From: Gemmatimonadaceae bacterium
Lineage (GTDB): Bacteria > Gemmatimonadota > Gemmatimonadetes > Gemmatimonadales > Gemmatimonadaceae
Reading direction: 5' to 3'
Length of the DNA stretch: 64,000 nt
Assembly (NCBI GenBank): GCA_035486035.1
Contig: DATHNL010000072.1
Location: forward strand, 2,069 to 66,068
A program made the translations under genes and the position numbers. Within the stretch, counting starts at the first letter, position 1; the number at the start of each line of letters is the position of its first letter. Below the pieces are notes generated by a model. That model saw only the letters and a program-made list of their open reading frames with translations, was not told where the DNA came from and did no database searches. Positions 36,321-45,053 of the stretch are shown piece by piece.

Positions 36321-37256
36321 TCAACGGGATGTGAGGTGTGCGTCGAAGAACGCGACCACGCTCGGCTCGAATTCCCGGAGGACCGCGGCGCGGTCCACGC
36401 CTGGCGGATCGTCGCAGAGAAACGGAACCTGCTTGGCGGTCGCGTCGCTGCACACCGGCGTGAACACGAAGTGGCCGGCGTTCGGCACGACGTGCTCCTC
36501 GGGCGGCGTCGGCAGCCCTGATCGGACCACGGCCGCATTCCACGCGTCTGGCGCGTTGGGATCGGCGGTGCCGCGCCACATGAGCACCGGGACGTGCACG
36601 CCGCGCAAGCCGCCGGATCGGAACATGACCAGCACTGCCGGCGACGCGAGCGCGACGGCCTGAATGCGCGCGTCGTGATCCCATACCGAGTCCGGCACCG
36701 CGGTCGAATCGAGTGGGTTGCCGTGGCGCTGCGCGACGAAGGCGCACTCCGGCGCGTCCGGGCGTTCGCGACAGAGCCGTGCGCTCTGCCTGAGATCCGG
36801 CGTGCCGCCCGCCAACACTAGCGCCGTCCAGCCGCCGAGGGAGAAGCCGAATGCACCGATGCGCTTGGCGTCGACCGGCCAGTGTGCCACCATGTAGTCG
36901 ACGAGTCGATGGATGTGATGCGGGCGGTCGATGAGATTCTGGCTCTTGCCGGCGGCGCTCTGATCCTGATAGTTGTCGCCCGGATGGGTCACCGCGGCGA
37001 CGACATACCCGGCGTTGGCAAGCGCCAGCGCGACGTTGTAGTCGCTGAAGCCGCTCCCGCTCACGCCGTGCGACATGACGATGAGCGGCAGATCCCGTCC
37101 GCGAATCGGCCCGTTCACCACGACCGTCTGGCTATACAAGCCAGCCGGTACCAGAGTGGCGTGACCCTCGCTCGGATACCAGATATTGACGGCCATCGGT
37201 CCGACCATCACCTGTCGGAAGCCGACGGCCAGCGTCAGAGCCGCGATCAAGTGCAT
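36321..37256 (-). CDS. Secreted alpha/beta hydrolase (dienelactone hydrolase / PAF-acetylhydrolase-like)
   Basis: Start MHLIAALTLAVG at 37256. LIVMSHGVSGSG. Nucleophile GAFGFSLGGWTAL. C-terminus NAGHFVF. Confidence 0.85.
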   Translation of the reverse strand: MHLIAALTLAVGFRQVMVGPMAVNIWYPSEGHATLVPAGLYSQTVVVNGPIRGRDLPLIVMSHGVSGSGFSDYNVALALANAGYVVAAVTHPGDNYQDQSAAGKSQNLIDRPHHIHRLVDYMVAHWPVDAKRIGAFGFSLGGWTALVLAGGTPDLRQSARLCRERPDAPECAFVAQRHGNPLDSTAVPDSVWDHDARIQAVALASPAVLVMFRSGGLRGVHVPVLMWRGTADPNAPDAWNAAVVRSGLPTPPEEHVVPNAGHFVFTPVCSDATAKQVPFLCDDPPGVDRAAVLREFEPSVVAFFDAHLTSR

Positions 37257-37365
37257 GGCACGAAATGACGAATCAGCTCCCGCCGTGCGCAAGCCGTCCG
37301 GGACGAGTGGGCCCGGCCGCACCCGGGTTCGAACCTATGCGCCGGCTCCGTTGTCTCACTTTCTT

Positions 37366-39816
37366 ATGGAAGCAGCCATCCAGCAACTACGCTACGCCGC
37401 TCGCCGACTCGCGCGCACGCCCGCGTTCACACTGATCGCGATCGCCACCCTGTCGATCGCAATCGGCGCCAGCACCGCGGCGTTCAGCGTTGTCGACGGC
37501 GTGCTGCTCAAGCCACTGGGCTTCGAGCGACCCGACCGGCTCGTGTACCTCCACGGGACGGATGCGCGGGGAACAGCGATGGGGATCGCGCCGCAGGATC
37601 TGATCGACTTCCGTGGCCAGACGCACAGCTTCACGAGTGTCGTTCCAGTCGAGAGTCGGCAGAGCCTCAATCTGCTCCGCCCCGGAGCTCCCGCGCTACG
37701 CGTCAACGCGGCGCGGGTGGGCGCCGAGTTCTTTTCAGCGCTGGGCACGCGCGCGCAGCTCGGCCGAACGTTCGCGCCCGGTGAAGACGCGAGAACGGCA
37801 CCCAAGGTCATCGTCCTTTCCGATGGCGCATGGAAGCGCTATTTCGCCGCGAGTCCCGGGATTGTGGGAGCGCAGGTCACGCTCAACGGCGACCCGTACG
37901 TCGTAGTTGGCGTAGCTCCGCCGCGGTTCACGTTCCCCGACAACGCCGAGCTCTGGTACCCGGCGGCCTGGGAAGCCTGGGAGATCGGCGACATCGGCCG
38001 CGGCGATCATTCTGCCGCGGGGATCGCTCGCCTACGCGATGGCGTCACGCTCGGAAGCGCGCAGCGCGATCTGAGCGCGGTCGCGCGCGGCATCGCCCAG
38101 GCGTTCCCCAAGGACGAAGCGGGAATCGGCGTGGCGGCGGTCCCGCTCCGGCAACAGATCGTCGGTGAAGTCGAGGCCCCGCTCTGGGCCATGCTGGGTG
38201 CCGTGATGTTCGTGCTGCTGATCGCCTGCGCAAACGTGGCGAACCTGTTGCTCGTTCGAGCCGCCTCGCGCGCGTCCGAAGTAGCGGTGCGCACTGCTCT
38301 GGGGGCAGGGCGGCGACAGATCCTCGGCGAATCGCTCGCCGAGAGCATGCTCATCGCCTTGGGCGGAGCGGTGCTCGGCGCGGTGATCGCGGTGCTCGTC
38401 GTTCATGTGCTGGCGGCAGGGAACGCGCTTCCTTTGCCGCGCGTGCAGGATGTCGGCGTCGATACCCGCGTGCTCGCGTTTTCCGCAGCGCTTGCTGTCG
38501 CCACCGGCTTGGCTTTCGGCCTCGTACCTGCGCTCCATATCTCCAGCTGGGATCTCGCGCACCTGATCCGCTCGGGCAGGGTTGGCGGGACCTCCGGAGG
38601 CAGCCGCGTTCGTTCCATCCTCGTCGTGACGGAGCTCGCGCTGGGCACGGTGTTATTGGTGTCGGCAGGACTCCTCATCCGCAGCTTCCAACGGTTGATT
38701 GACGTGGATCCGGGCTTCAGGGCAGATCACCTCGTGGTATTCGATGTCGCCCTCGCGACCCCCAAATACGATCACGACGCGCCGGTGAACGAGTTCGCCG
38801 ATCGTGTGCAAGCGGCGCTCGCGGTGCTACCAGGTGTACAGAGCGTGGCTGTGGCGGCCAACCGCCCGTTCGACCCGGCAAATTTTGGCCCTTCTACGTC
38901 GTTCACGATCGATGGCACCCCGCCACCCGTGCCCGGCACGGAGCCAGAGACACGGCTCCGTCCGGTCTCGCCCGCATTCTTTAGCACCATAGGGATGACG
39001 CTTCTTCGCGGGCGCATCTTTACCGAGGCCGAGAACCGGTGGGACGCGGCTCCGGTGATCGTCGTCAACCAAGCCCTGGCAGACCGCTACTTCCCGGGGC
39101 AGGATCCGATCGGGAAGCGCCTGACGTACGCCTTTTGGCACGGTGGCTCCACCGCGCCAGGAGACACCACTGTGCATCCTTCCGGCGAGATCGTCGGTGT
39201 CGTGCGCAATGCCTATTACGGGTCGCCCAAGATCAAACCCGAGCCAGCGACATTCCTGCCTTACCGTCGGTTCCCGCTCGGAACGACTTTCCTCCTGCGT
39301 ACCGCGCTCCCACCCTCGGCGCTGGAGCCACAGATCCGGCGCGTGGTCGCATCGGTGGATCCGTACGTGCCGACGTATGAGCTGGGAACCATGAATGCAG
39401 CCGTCGCAGAGTCGGTGTCGCAGTCACGCTTCTACACCCTGTTGCTGGGCGCCTTTGCCTTCATCGCGTTGCTGCTCGCCACGCTTGGCGTGTACGGGGT
39501 GGTCTCATATGCCGTGAGCCAGCAGACGCGGGACTTCGGGATTCGATCCGCGCTCGGCGCGCGCCCGTACGATGTGATGACCCTCGTGCTCAGACGCGGC
39601 GCGCTCCTCATCCTGCCCGGTGTGGGTTCGGGTCTTCTCGGCGCACTGTTTTTCACGCGCGCGATCCACGGTCTGCTTTTCGGAATCCAGCCGCTGGATC
39701 CACCGACTCTCGCGCTCGTGTGTCTCGTCTTCATCGTCGTCGGGGCCATCGCCTCCTGGCTCCCAGCGCGTCGAGCGGCGCGCGTAGACCCTATTATCGC
39801 GATGCGCTCGCAGTAA
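37366..39816 (+). CDS. ADOP-family duplicated permease (MacB-like, two FtsX domains), paralogue 2
   Basis: Start MEAAIQQLRYAARRLARTPAFTLIAI at 37366. Same domain order as 8629-11304, but with no PadR gene and no prefix helix. Confidence 0.92.
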   Translation: MEAAIQQLRYAARRLARTPAFTLIAIATLSIAIGASTAAFSVVDGVLLKPLGFERPDRLVYLHGTDARGTAMGIAPQDLIDFRGQTHSFTSVVPVESRQSLNLLRPGAPALRVNAARVGAEFFSALGTRAQLGRTFAPGEDARTAPKVIVLSDGAWKRYFAASPGIVGAQVTLNGDPYVVVGVAPPRFTFPDNAELWYPAAWEAWEIGDIGRGDHSAAGIARLRDGVTLGSAQRDLSAVARGIAQAFPKDEAGIGVAAVPLRQQIVGEVEAPLWAMLGAVMFVLLIACANVANLLLVRAASRASEVAVRTALGAGRRQILGESLAESMLIALGGAVLGAVIAVLVVHVLAAGNALPLPRVQDVGVDTRVLAFSAALAVATGLAFGLVPALHISSWDLAHLIRSGRVGGTSGGSRVRSILVVTELALGTVLLVSAGLLIRSFQRLIDVDPGFRADHLVVFDVALATPKYDHDAPVNEFADRVQAALAVLPGVQSVAVAANRPFDPANFGPSTSFTIDGTPPPVPGTEPETRLRPVSPAFFSTIGMTLLRGRIFTEAENRWDAAPVIVVNQALADRYFPGQDPIGKRLTYAFWHGGSTAPGDTTVHPSGEIVGVVRNAYYGSPKIKPEPATFLPYRRFPLGTTFLLRTALPPSALEPQIRRVVASVDPYVPTYELGTMNAAVAESVSQSRFYTLLLGAFAFIALLLATLGVYGVVSYAVSQQTRDFGIRSALGARPYDVMTLVLRRGALLILPGVGSGLLGALFFTRAIHGLLFGIQPLDPPTLALVCLVFIVVGAIASWLPARRAARVDPIIAMRSQ

Positions 39817-40339
39817 CTTCGGCCTGTGCCAGGTGGCGGCGTCCGTGGGTGCCGATGATCACGAAGCTGGACCAGACGCTGTAGCGTATGGTCGCGAGCG
39901 CCGGCGAGGCGATCTTCATGCGATCCAGCGGCAGCCCGGCACCCTCGATCACGAATTGTTGCACCATCCGCTGCGAGTCGAGGAAGGCCGCGAGCGCCGC
40001 TTCGCCCGAGGCGACATTGATGGGTTGCATGTGCCCCGGCGTTTTATACCGAGATCGCCCCGGCTCGAGTGACCAGTTCAGCATGCGTCCGATGAAATCC
40101 ATAGAAAAGGGCTCACTGCCCTGCGCGCCGCGCTGTCTCGCGGCAGCGAAAGCGTCGCGCCACACCGGCGCGTAGGCGTTGGCGGTGATGGTCAGATGCG
40201 CGAGGCACTCGGCGGGGGACCACCGGTTCGGCTCCGGCCGCCGGAGCATCTGCTCGGCGCTCATCGATGCGCCGAGGGCCTCGGCCCGAGCCGAGACCTC
40301 GCGCAGCACGTCACTGATCTCAGCGAGACGCGACGGCAT
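39794..40339 (-). CDS. DinB-family protein
   Basis: Four-helix DinB pattern RRPEPNRWSPAECLAHL... with a C-terminal HGRRHLAQ His motif. Confidence 0.85.
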   Translation of the reverse strand: MPSRLAEISDVLREVSARAEALGASMSAEQMLRRPEPNRWSPAECLAHLTITANAYAPVWRDAFAAARQRGAQGSEPFSMDFIGRMLNWSLEPGRSRYKTPGHMQPINVASGEAALAAFLDSQRMVQQFVIEGAGLPLDRMKIASPALATIRYSVWSSFVIIGTHGRRHLAQAEVTASASR

Positions 40340-40925
40340 CGGGGCGCGCTAGCGCTCCAACGTATCGATACGTGTTGACGACCACACCCGTGGGCGTAGT
40401 GTGCGTGCTGACGAAAGCGAGCTCGCGTGCGCCAGCGCTATTCGAAAAGAATCGTTTGCCCGGGCCCAGCAAGACCGGATAGACAAGCAGCACCAATTCG
40501 TCGACCAATCCCTGGTCGAGCAGCACCGGCGTCAGCGTTGAGCTGCCGCAGACAATCAGGTCGTTGCCGTCCGTCGACTTGATGCGGCGAACGTCCTCCG
40601 CGATGTCCGGCCCGACCGCCTTGACTGGACCCCACTCGAGGCTCGCCGGGCGGTGGGTGGCTACATATTTCGTCGCCGCGTTAATGGCGTCCGCGAACGG
40701 CCCGCCTTTGACCTTTGGCCAGAAGCCAGACCAGCCATCGTAGGTACGGCGGCCGAGCAGCAGATCGTAGCTCTTACCGTACCTCTCGGCGAGGGTGGCG
40801 GCCCCGGTCGGACTGCGATACCGCGCCGTCCAGTCACCATACTGGTAGTCGCCGCCTTCGAGTCCGTCGGGCATCTGGATCACACCGTCCAGCGAAGTGT
40901 GTTCGAAGATTCTAATTTTTCGCAT
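40320..40925 (-). CDS. Dihydrofolate-reductase-family protein (RibD C-terminal domain)
   Basis: MRKIRIFEHTSLDGVIQMPDG... and LIVCGSSTLTPVLL. Confidence 0.88.
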   Translation of the reverse strand: MRKIRIFEHTSLDGVIQMPDGLEGGDYQYGDWTARYRSPTGAATLAERYGKSYDLLLGRRTYDGWSGFWPKVKGGPFADAINAATKYVATHRPASLEWGPVKAVGPDIAEDVRRIKSTDGNDLIVCGSSTLTPVLLDQGLVDELVLLVYPVLLGPGKRFFSNSAGARELAFVSTHTTPTGVVVNTYRYVGALARPDAVASR

Positions 40926-40967
40926 TTCGAGTCGCCTTTGCTAGATGTTTTTCGATGTCTCTACCTT

Positions 40968-41036
40968 GGCGACGAACGACGGGACCGCAAATCGACACGC
41001 CAGCCGTGTCGATTTCCGCGGACTCCGTTCGTCGCC
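40968..41036 (+). promoter_or_regulatory. 69-nt nested, near-continuous hairpin / extended palindrome, 5 nt upstream of the ATG at 41042
   Basis: Outer arms are ggcgacgaacg (40968-40978) and cgttcgtcgcc (41026-41036). Inner arms are aaatcgacacg (40989-40999) and cgtgtcgattt (41005-41015), with a 5-nt loop. Additional pairs are 40985-40988 with 41018-41021 and 40981-40983 with 41023-41025. Confidence 0.45.
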
Positions 41037-41041
41037 TATTC

Positions 41042-41614
41042 ATGAGAGAGTTCACCGCTGACCTGTTCATCTCGCTTGATGGCTTTGCGTCTGGCGTGGA
41101 TCAACCCCCGTACTTCGGGTACTTAGGCCCCGATCTCGAAAATTGGGTCCGGGCGCATCTCGACCAGCCGCAGGTCATCGTGATGGGCAGAGTCACATAT
41201 GAGGCGTTTGCTCAATTCGCCGCATCCGCCACCGATGAGGTCAGTACGCGGATGCGCGAGACACCGAAAGTGGTGTTTTCCAGAACACTCAAAGAGCCCC
41301 TCATGTGGAAAAACACACGGCTCAACAGCGGCATCGCCGCAGAGGAGATCGCTGCACTCAAACAGCAAGACGGGGATCCGCTGCGCTCCTTTGGCAGCAT
41401 CCATCTGGTCAGCAACATGTTCAAGGCGGGACTGATTGATCGGCTCCGCCTCATGATGTTTCCCGTGATCCTCGGCGACAGAGGGAGAGAGCCCATCTTC
41501 GCGGATTTGTCGCAGGCCGCACTTGAGCTCATACACACCACCGTTCTCGATGATAGGGTCGTCCTTCTGGAATACCGCCCTGCGCGCTCAGCCGCGTATA
41601 GTTCTAGCCGCTGA
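41042..41614 (+). CDS. Dihydrofolate-reductase-family protein (RibD C-terminal domain)
   Basis: Start MREFTADLFISLDGFASG at 41042, as family members begin. The upstream in-frame 29 codons coincide with the hairpin. Confidence 0.88.
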   Translation: MREFTADLFISLDGFASGVDQPPYFGYLGPDLENWVRAHLDQPQVIVMGRVTYEAFAQFAASATDEVSTRMRETPKVVFSRTLKEPLMWKNTRLNSGIAAEEIAALKQQDGDPLRSFGSIHLVSNMFKAGLIDRLRLMMFPVILGDRGREPIFADLSQAALELIHTTVLDDRVVLLEYRPARSAAYSSSR

Positions 41615-41620
41615 AAGCAG

Positions 41621-42016
41621 TCATGGCAGCCTCGTGGGGCTCAACCACTTCCAAGCGACAACCGCCACCACACAGAGCAGGAGCACGGCCAGCAATTGAA
41701 CGCCTCGTGCTGCTACGTTGAGCCGGATCTGCGCATTGAACGCATCATGGAGAACCTTCACGACGGGAGAATCCGCCTGACCGAAGACAAAGGCTCCCGG
41801 TGGCATGTACTGTTCGCGCACTGCATCGTAGTACGCTCGGCGTCCGGAGATGTAGTAGCGCCCTACTGCCAGACATACGAGGGCCAATGATGCAACTAGC
41901 AGGAACGCCGTAAAGCGCGGCAACGACCAGGCATCCACATTCATGAGCAGTAGAATCCGAAGAGGACGAGCGTTAAAGATATCGAGTGCGGCGAGTGCCA
42001 GTGTGAGACTGCTCAT
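41621..42016 (-). CDS. Hypothetical two-TM membrane protein
   Basis: Hydrophobic helices FTAFLLVASLALVCLAV and LLAVLLLCVVAVVAW. The start is ambiguous (41944 or 42016). Locally lower GC. Confidence 0.4.
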   Translation of the reverse strand: MSSLTLALAALDIFNARPLRILLLMNVDAWSLPRFTAFLLVASLALVCLAVGRYYISGRRAYYDAVREQYMPPGAFVFGQADSPVVKVLHDAFNAQIRLNVAARGVQLLAVLLLCVVAVVAWKWLSPTRLP

Positions 42017-42974
42017 CGGTGCCACCTTGCTGGCTATGGTTTGCGGCTGCGCTGCGCGCACCAAATGCCCACCGAATGCCGGTGGCCCCACGGTTTGGGA
42101 GATCAACATTCCCTGGACTGCCGGACCCCTCGCAATGCGCGATGATCGGTTCCAGCGCGTGCGTGCGGACCCTTGCATCAGCTGGGACAGCGTCGCGACG
42201 AACCATCTCACGCTCTACGCTTCGCATAATACGTATGCCGCGAAGCACCTCGCGCAATTCAGCGCCCAGGCGAATCGCATATGGATTGCGGACCTGCGCT
42301 TGGCGAATGGGGCCGACACGGTCTATCCATACCATGTTCGTATCTTCTACTTCGACACGCCCGAGGAATACTGGCGTGTAGTGGGCCTCCGAGGCACCGG
42401 CGCGAGTTTCCCCGAGGCACAACTCCTCGTCGCGCTTGCGCCCCCCGGAGACACGGCGACGGATCTGGCGCACGAGTTGGAGCACGTCATCTCGATGACA
42501 CTGTGGGGGCTCAATCAGCCTCAGGACACGTGGCAACGCGAAGGATTGGGAGTCTTGGCATCTGCCGACGAATGGCCCTTCTCGATCGACGAGATTGCCG
42601 CCCAAGCCCGACGGGACGGCGATGGCAGAAAATTCGAAGATCTGGCCGGTCCCGCTTTCTCGGCCGGCGACCGTATGGCGCGATTCCGAGCGTATATGCT
42701 CAGCGCCTCATTCGTTCAGTTCCTGCTGCGGGAACACGGCACCGAATCATTTCGAGCACTGTGGCAGCGCGGATCAAGCGCCGCGCCGGAGATCTACGGA
42801 ATGGCCCTCCCCGAGCTAGAGGCGCAGTGGACGACCGCCCTGTCGCATGTCACGCTCCCGGCGAGCGGGATCGACTTGGACAAAGTACAAAAAGGTGTTG
42901 GGGCTGGTGCCGCTGCGCGGGCCAAAGCTACCAACAGAAGCGATTCGCGACGCGAGCCTAGCCGGCGAGATTGA
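42003..42974 (+). CDS. Putative zinc metalloprotease lipoprotein (HEXXH, gluzincin-like)
   Basis: Lipobox LLAMVCGC. HELEH with a Glu 19 residues downstream (QREGLG). The start may be the GTG at 42003 or the ATG at 41943. Confidence 0.65.
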   Translation: MRLLIGATLLAMVCGCAARTKCPPNAGGPTVWEINIPWTAGPLAMRDDRFQRVRADPCISWDSVATNHLTLYASHNTYAAKHLAQFSAQANRIWIADLRLANGADTVYPYHVRIFYFDTPEEYWRVVGLRGTGASFPEAQLLVALAPPGDTATDLAHELEHVISMTLWGLNQPQDTWQREGLGVLASADEWPFSIDEIAAQARRDGDGRKFEDLAGPAFSAGDRMARFRAYMLSASFVQFLLREHGTESFRALWQRGSSAAPEIYGMALPELEAQWTTALSHVTLPASGIDLDKVQKGVGAGAAARAKATNRSDSRREPSRRD

Positions 42975-44355
42975 TGTTCAAGTACTCGGGCTCTCCCGTG
43001 ACCTCGCGCACGATGTAGGGCGCGAGCCAGTCTGGTGGGGCGACGGGGGTTGTCGCGTCTGAGAGCTCGACCTCGGCGAGCACGAGCTCGCGGTCGGTGA
43101 ACTCGTCGATCTCCCAGACGAACGGCTCGTCGGCGATTGCGTAGCGGCGCTTGTGAATGCGGTGGCCCTCGGTGAGGGGCCACATCGCGTCGAAGAGGGC
43201 CGGTGGCGCTTCTTCTTCGATTTCCGTGCGCTGAATTCCCGAGCCGAGTTTCACGGTGCGGTAGCAGTGCACGTCGCCGTTTTGGCGGACGCGGCGGAGG
43301 CGTTCGGCCAGATGCTCGCCGGGGACGTAGCCCTGCTCAATGTCCTCGGACGGCGCGTCGTGGGCGCGGTCCGGCAATGCGTGGAGGAGATACTTGCGCT
43401 CGATCTCCGTGTCGCGCGGCTTGTGGGCTGCCAGGCGGGCGGTCAGCTGTGCGACCGAGGCGAAGAATGCGAGGGACAGGGGGCACCCCTCGAGCCAATC
43501 GCGGCCGAGCACCTCGAACGCCGCGATCTCGCGCTCGCGGAGCGCGCGGGCGAGTGCCACGATACCTGGGCGGCCGACATCCGTGGGCGACGAGGTCTCG
43601 GCCTCGGCCATGACTTCGCGTGAGAGCACGTAGGCGTCGTGCATCTCGCCGATCACGTTCTGCAACACCTTGAGGTCGGCGATGACATCGTCGGCGCCCT
43701 CGATGATGTCGCACACCGGCTCGAGGAGATAACGCAGCCGCTTGCCCTCGATCCGCGCGTCGTGCGCCAGCGTCTGGTCGTCGACTGACCGGACATGACG
43801 CAGGCGGTCGCGCAAGGAACCCGCGTGACGCGCGACGAGATCGGCCAGCGCGGCCGACATCGGATGGATGCGCGGCGGCTCGTCGACACGAGCGCGAATC
43901 GCGTACACCGGCAGCGAGAGGCTGAGCGAGTCGACGGCCCGCGCCAGGTCTCGGGCGATCTCCTGGTGCAAAGATGCGTCCGCGTCGTACTTCCTGAGCT
44001 CCAGGCGACGCCGCAAGTGCGATGCGCCCACGCGCTCGGTCGGCTCCAACTGCTCCTCGCGCGCGAGGAGCCACGCGAGCTGCACCTCCGTGTCGCGCGC
44101 GGTGCTCGTGGCATCCGCCACGCGCTGCAAGCGCTGACGATCTTTCTTGCCGACGCTACTCGACACGTACGGGCGGAACGCGCGGATCCAACTCCGCAGA
44201 CGACGGACCGCCACGCGGAAATCGTGCAGGGCCTCGATGTCGGTCGGATCGATGAGACGCAGGCGTGTCGCGTCGACTCCGCGCAGGAGATCGAGTGCGA
44301 CGATGCGTGAGGCCCGCTCGACGGGTTGGTCGAGAAAGTCCTTCGGGAGTTCCAT
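42958..44355 (-). CDS. CHAD-domain plus CYTH (triphosphate tunnel metalloenzyme) fusion protein
   Basis: N-terminal CHAD (ALHDFRVAVRRLRSWIRAFRP, HDARIEGKRLRYLLE). C-terminal CYTH with the ExExK signature (EIERKYLL). The start MELPKDF at 44355 shares a base with the sixA-like stop (TAATG). Confidence 0.88.
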   Translation of the reverse strand: MELPKDFLDQPVERASRIVALDLLRGVDATRLRLIDPTDIEALHDFRVAVRRLRSWIRAFRPYVSSSVGKKDRQRLQRVADATSTARDTEVQLAWLLAREEQLEPTERVGASHLRRRLELRKYDADASLHQEIARDLARAVDSLSLSLPVYAIRARVDEPPRIHPMSAALADLVARHAGSLRDRLRHVRSVDDQTLAHDARIEGKRLRYLLEPVCDIIEGADDVIADLKVLQNVIGEMHDAYVLSREVMAEAETSSPTDVGRPGIVALARALREREIAAFEVLGRDWLEGCPLSLAFFASVAQLTARLAAHKPRDTEIERKYLLHALPDRAHDAPSEDIEQGYVPGEHLAERLRRVRQNGDVHCYRTVKLGSGIQRTEIEEEAPPALFDAMWPLTEGHRIHKRRYAIADEPFVWEIDEFTDRELVLAEVELSDATTPVAPPDWLAPYIVREVTGEPEYLNINLAG

Positions 44356-45002
44356 TAGCGTGCGATACGTTCCAGTTGCGAGCGAGTCAGCAGCCAGCGC
44401 AGATGCGCCTGGCGCGGTTTCGGGCGACCGGTGAACGAGAGCAGGCACGCCCCGCCTTTCTTCATCTCGGTCCATGGTTCCGTGGGCCGCCCAGTCAGGA
44501 GCCAGCAGATCGACGCACTCAGGTCCGGCTCGTGCCCGACGATGGCGATCGTGATGCGCTCACCACGGCGTTTCTTCGCGCGGACCGCCGCGGTGCTTCG
44601 TACCCACCGCAGAATACCATGCCGGTCGCCATCGCCGATCGCGGGCGCCTCGACCGGCGAGACATCGAACGCCCGACCCAAGATCGCCGCAGTCTCGCGC
44701 GCACGTACGAGCGGACTCGTACCGATCGCGTCAACCGAGCCCACAAGCTGCCGCATCCCGCGCGCGGCTCGGCGCATCTCCCGGATGCCGCGTGAGGTAA
44801 GTGGGCGCGCGTCGTCGTCCTGTCCGGTTTTCGCCCACTCGTCGCGGTCGCCGGCCGGCCCGTGGCGCACGATGAGCAGGTCGAGCGCGTACGACGGCGT
44901 GCGCTCGGTGCGGCGAACGCGCGGGCGTGGTTCGCTCGCGGCTGGGGTAGCGTCGGCGGCCGGCGCAGCGCCGTCGGTGGCGGGAACTGGCTGTGACTCC
45001 AT
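44355..45002 (-). CDS. SixA-type histidine phosphatase
   Basis: Start MESQPV at 45002. LLIVRHGPAG (RHG motif), SPLVRARETA and IVGHEPDLS. Confidence 0.85.
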   Translation of the reverse strand: MESQPVPATDGAAPAADATPAASEPRPRVRRTERTPSYALDLLIVRHGPAGDRDEWAKTGQDDDARPLTSRGIREMRRAARGMRQLVGSVDAIGTSPLVRARETAAILGRAFDVSPVEAPAIGDGDRHGILRWVRSTAAVRAKKRRGERITIAIVGHEPDLSASICWLLTGRPTEPWTEMKKGGACLLSFTGRPKPRQAHLRWLLTRSQLERIAR

Positions 45003-45053
45003 CGTTACACAGAGTCGCCGTTTAGACGGCCGGATGCAAGGCTTTTTTTCGCC

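Noticed and set aside
37325-37335. A gggttcgaacc string resembling a tRNA T-arm (GGTTCGAA) in the intergenic region before ADOP paralogue 2. It could have been a tRNA fragment or an att-site remnant.
   Set aside because: The flanking bases do not form a T-stem (ccggg/ctatg), an acceptor stem or any other tRNA arm. No integrase is nearby.
45017-45049. A small hairpin (gccgt/acggc) followed by a T7 run, considered as an intrinsic terminator.
   Set aside because: No plus-strand gene ends upstream of it. The hairpin is only 5 bp and lies 12 nt from the T-run. It sits in the divergent promoter/leader region 5 nt before the decarboxylase ATG, so it is more likely leader or promoter sequence.
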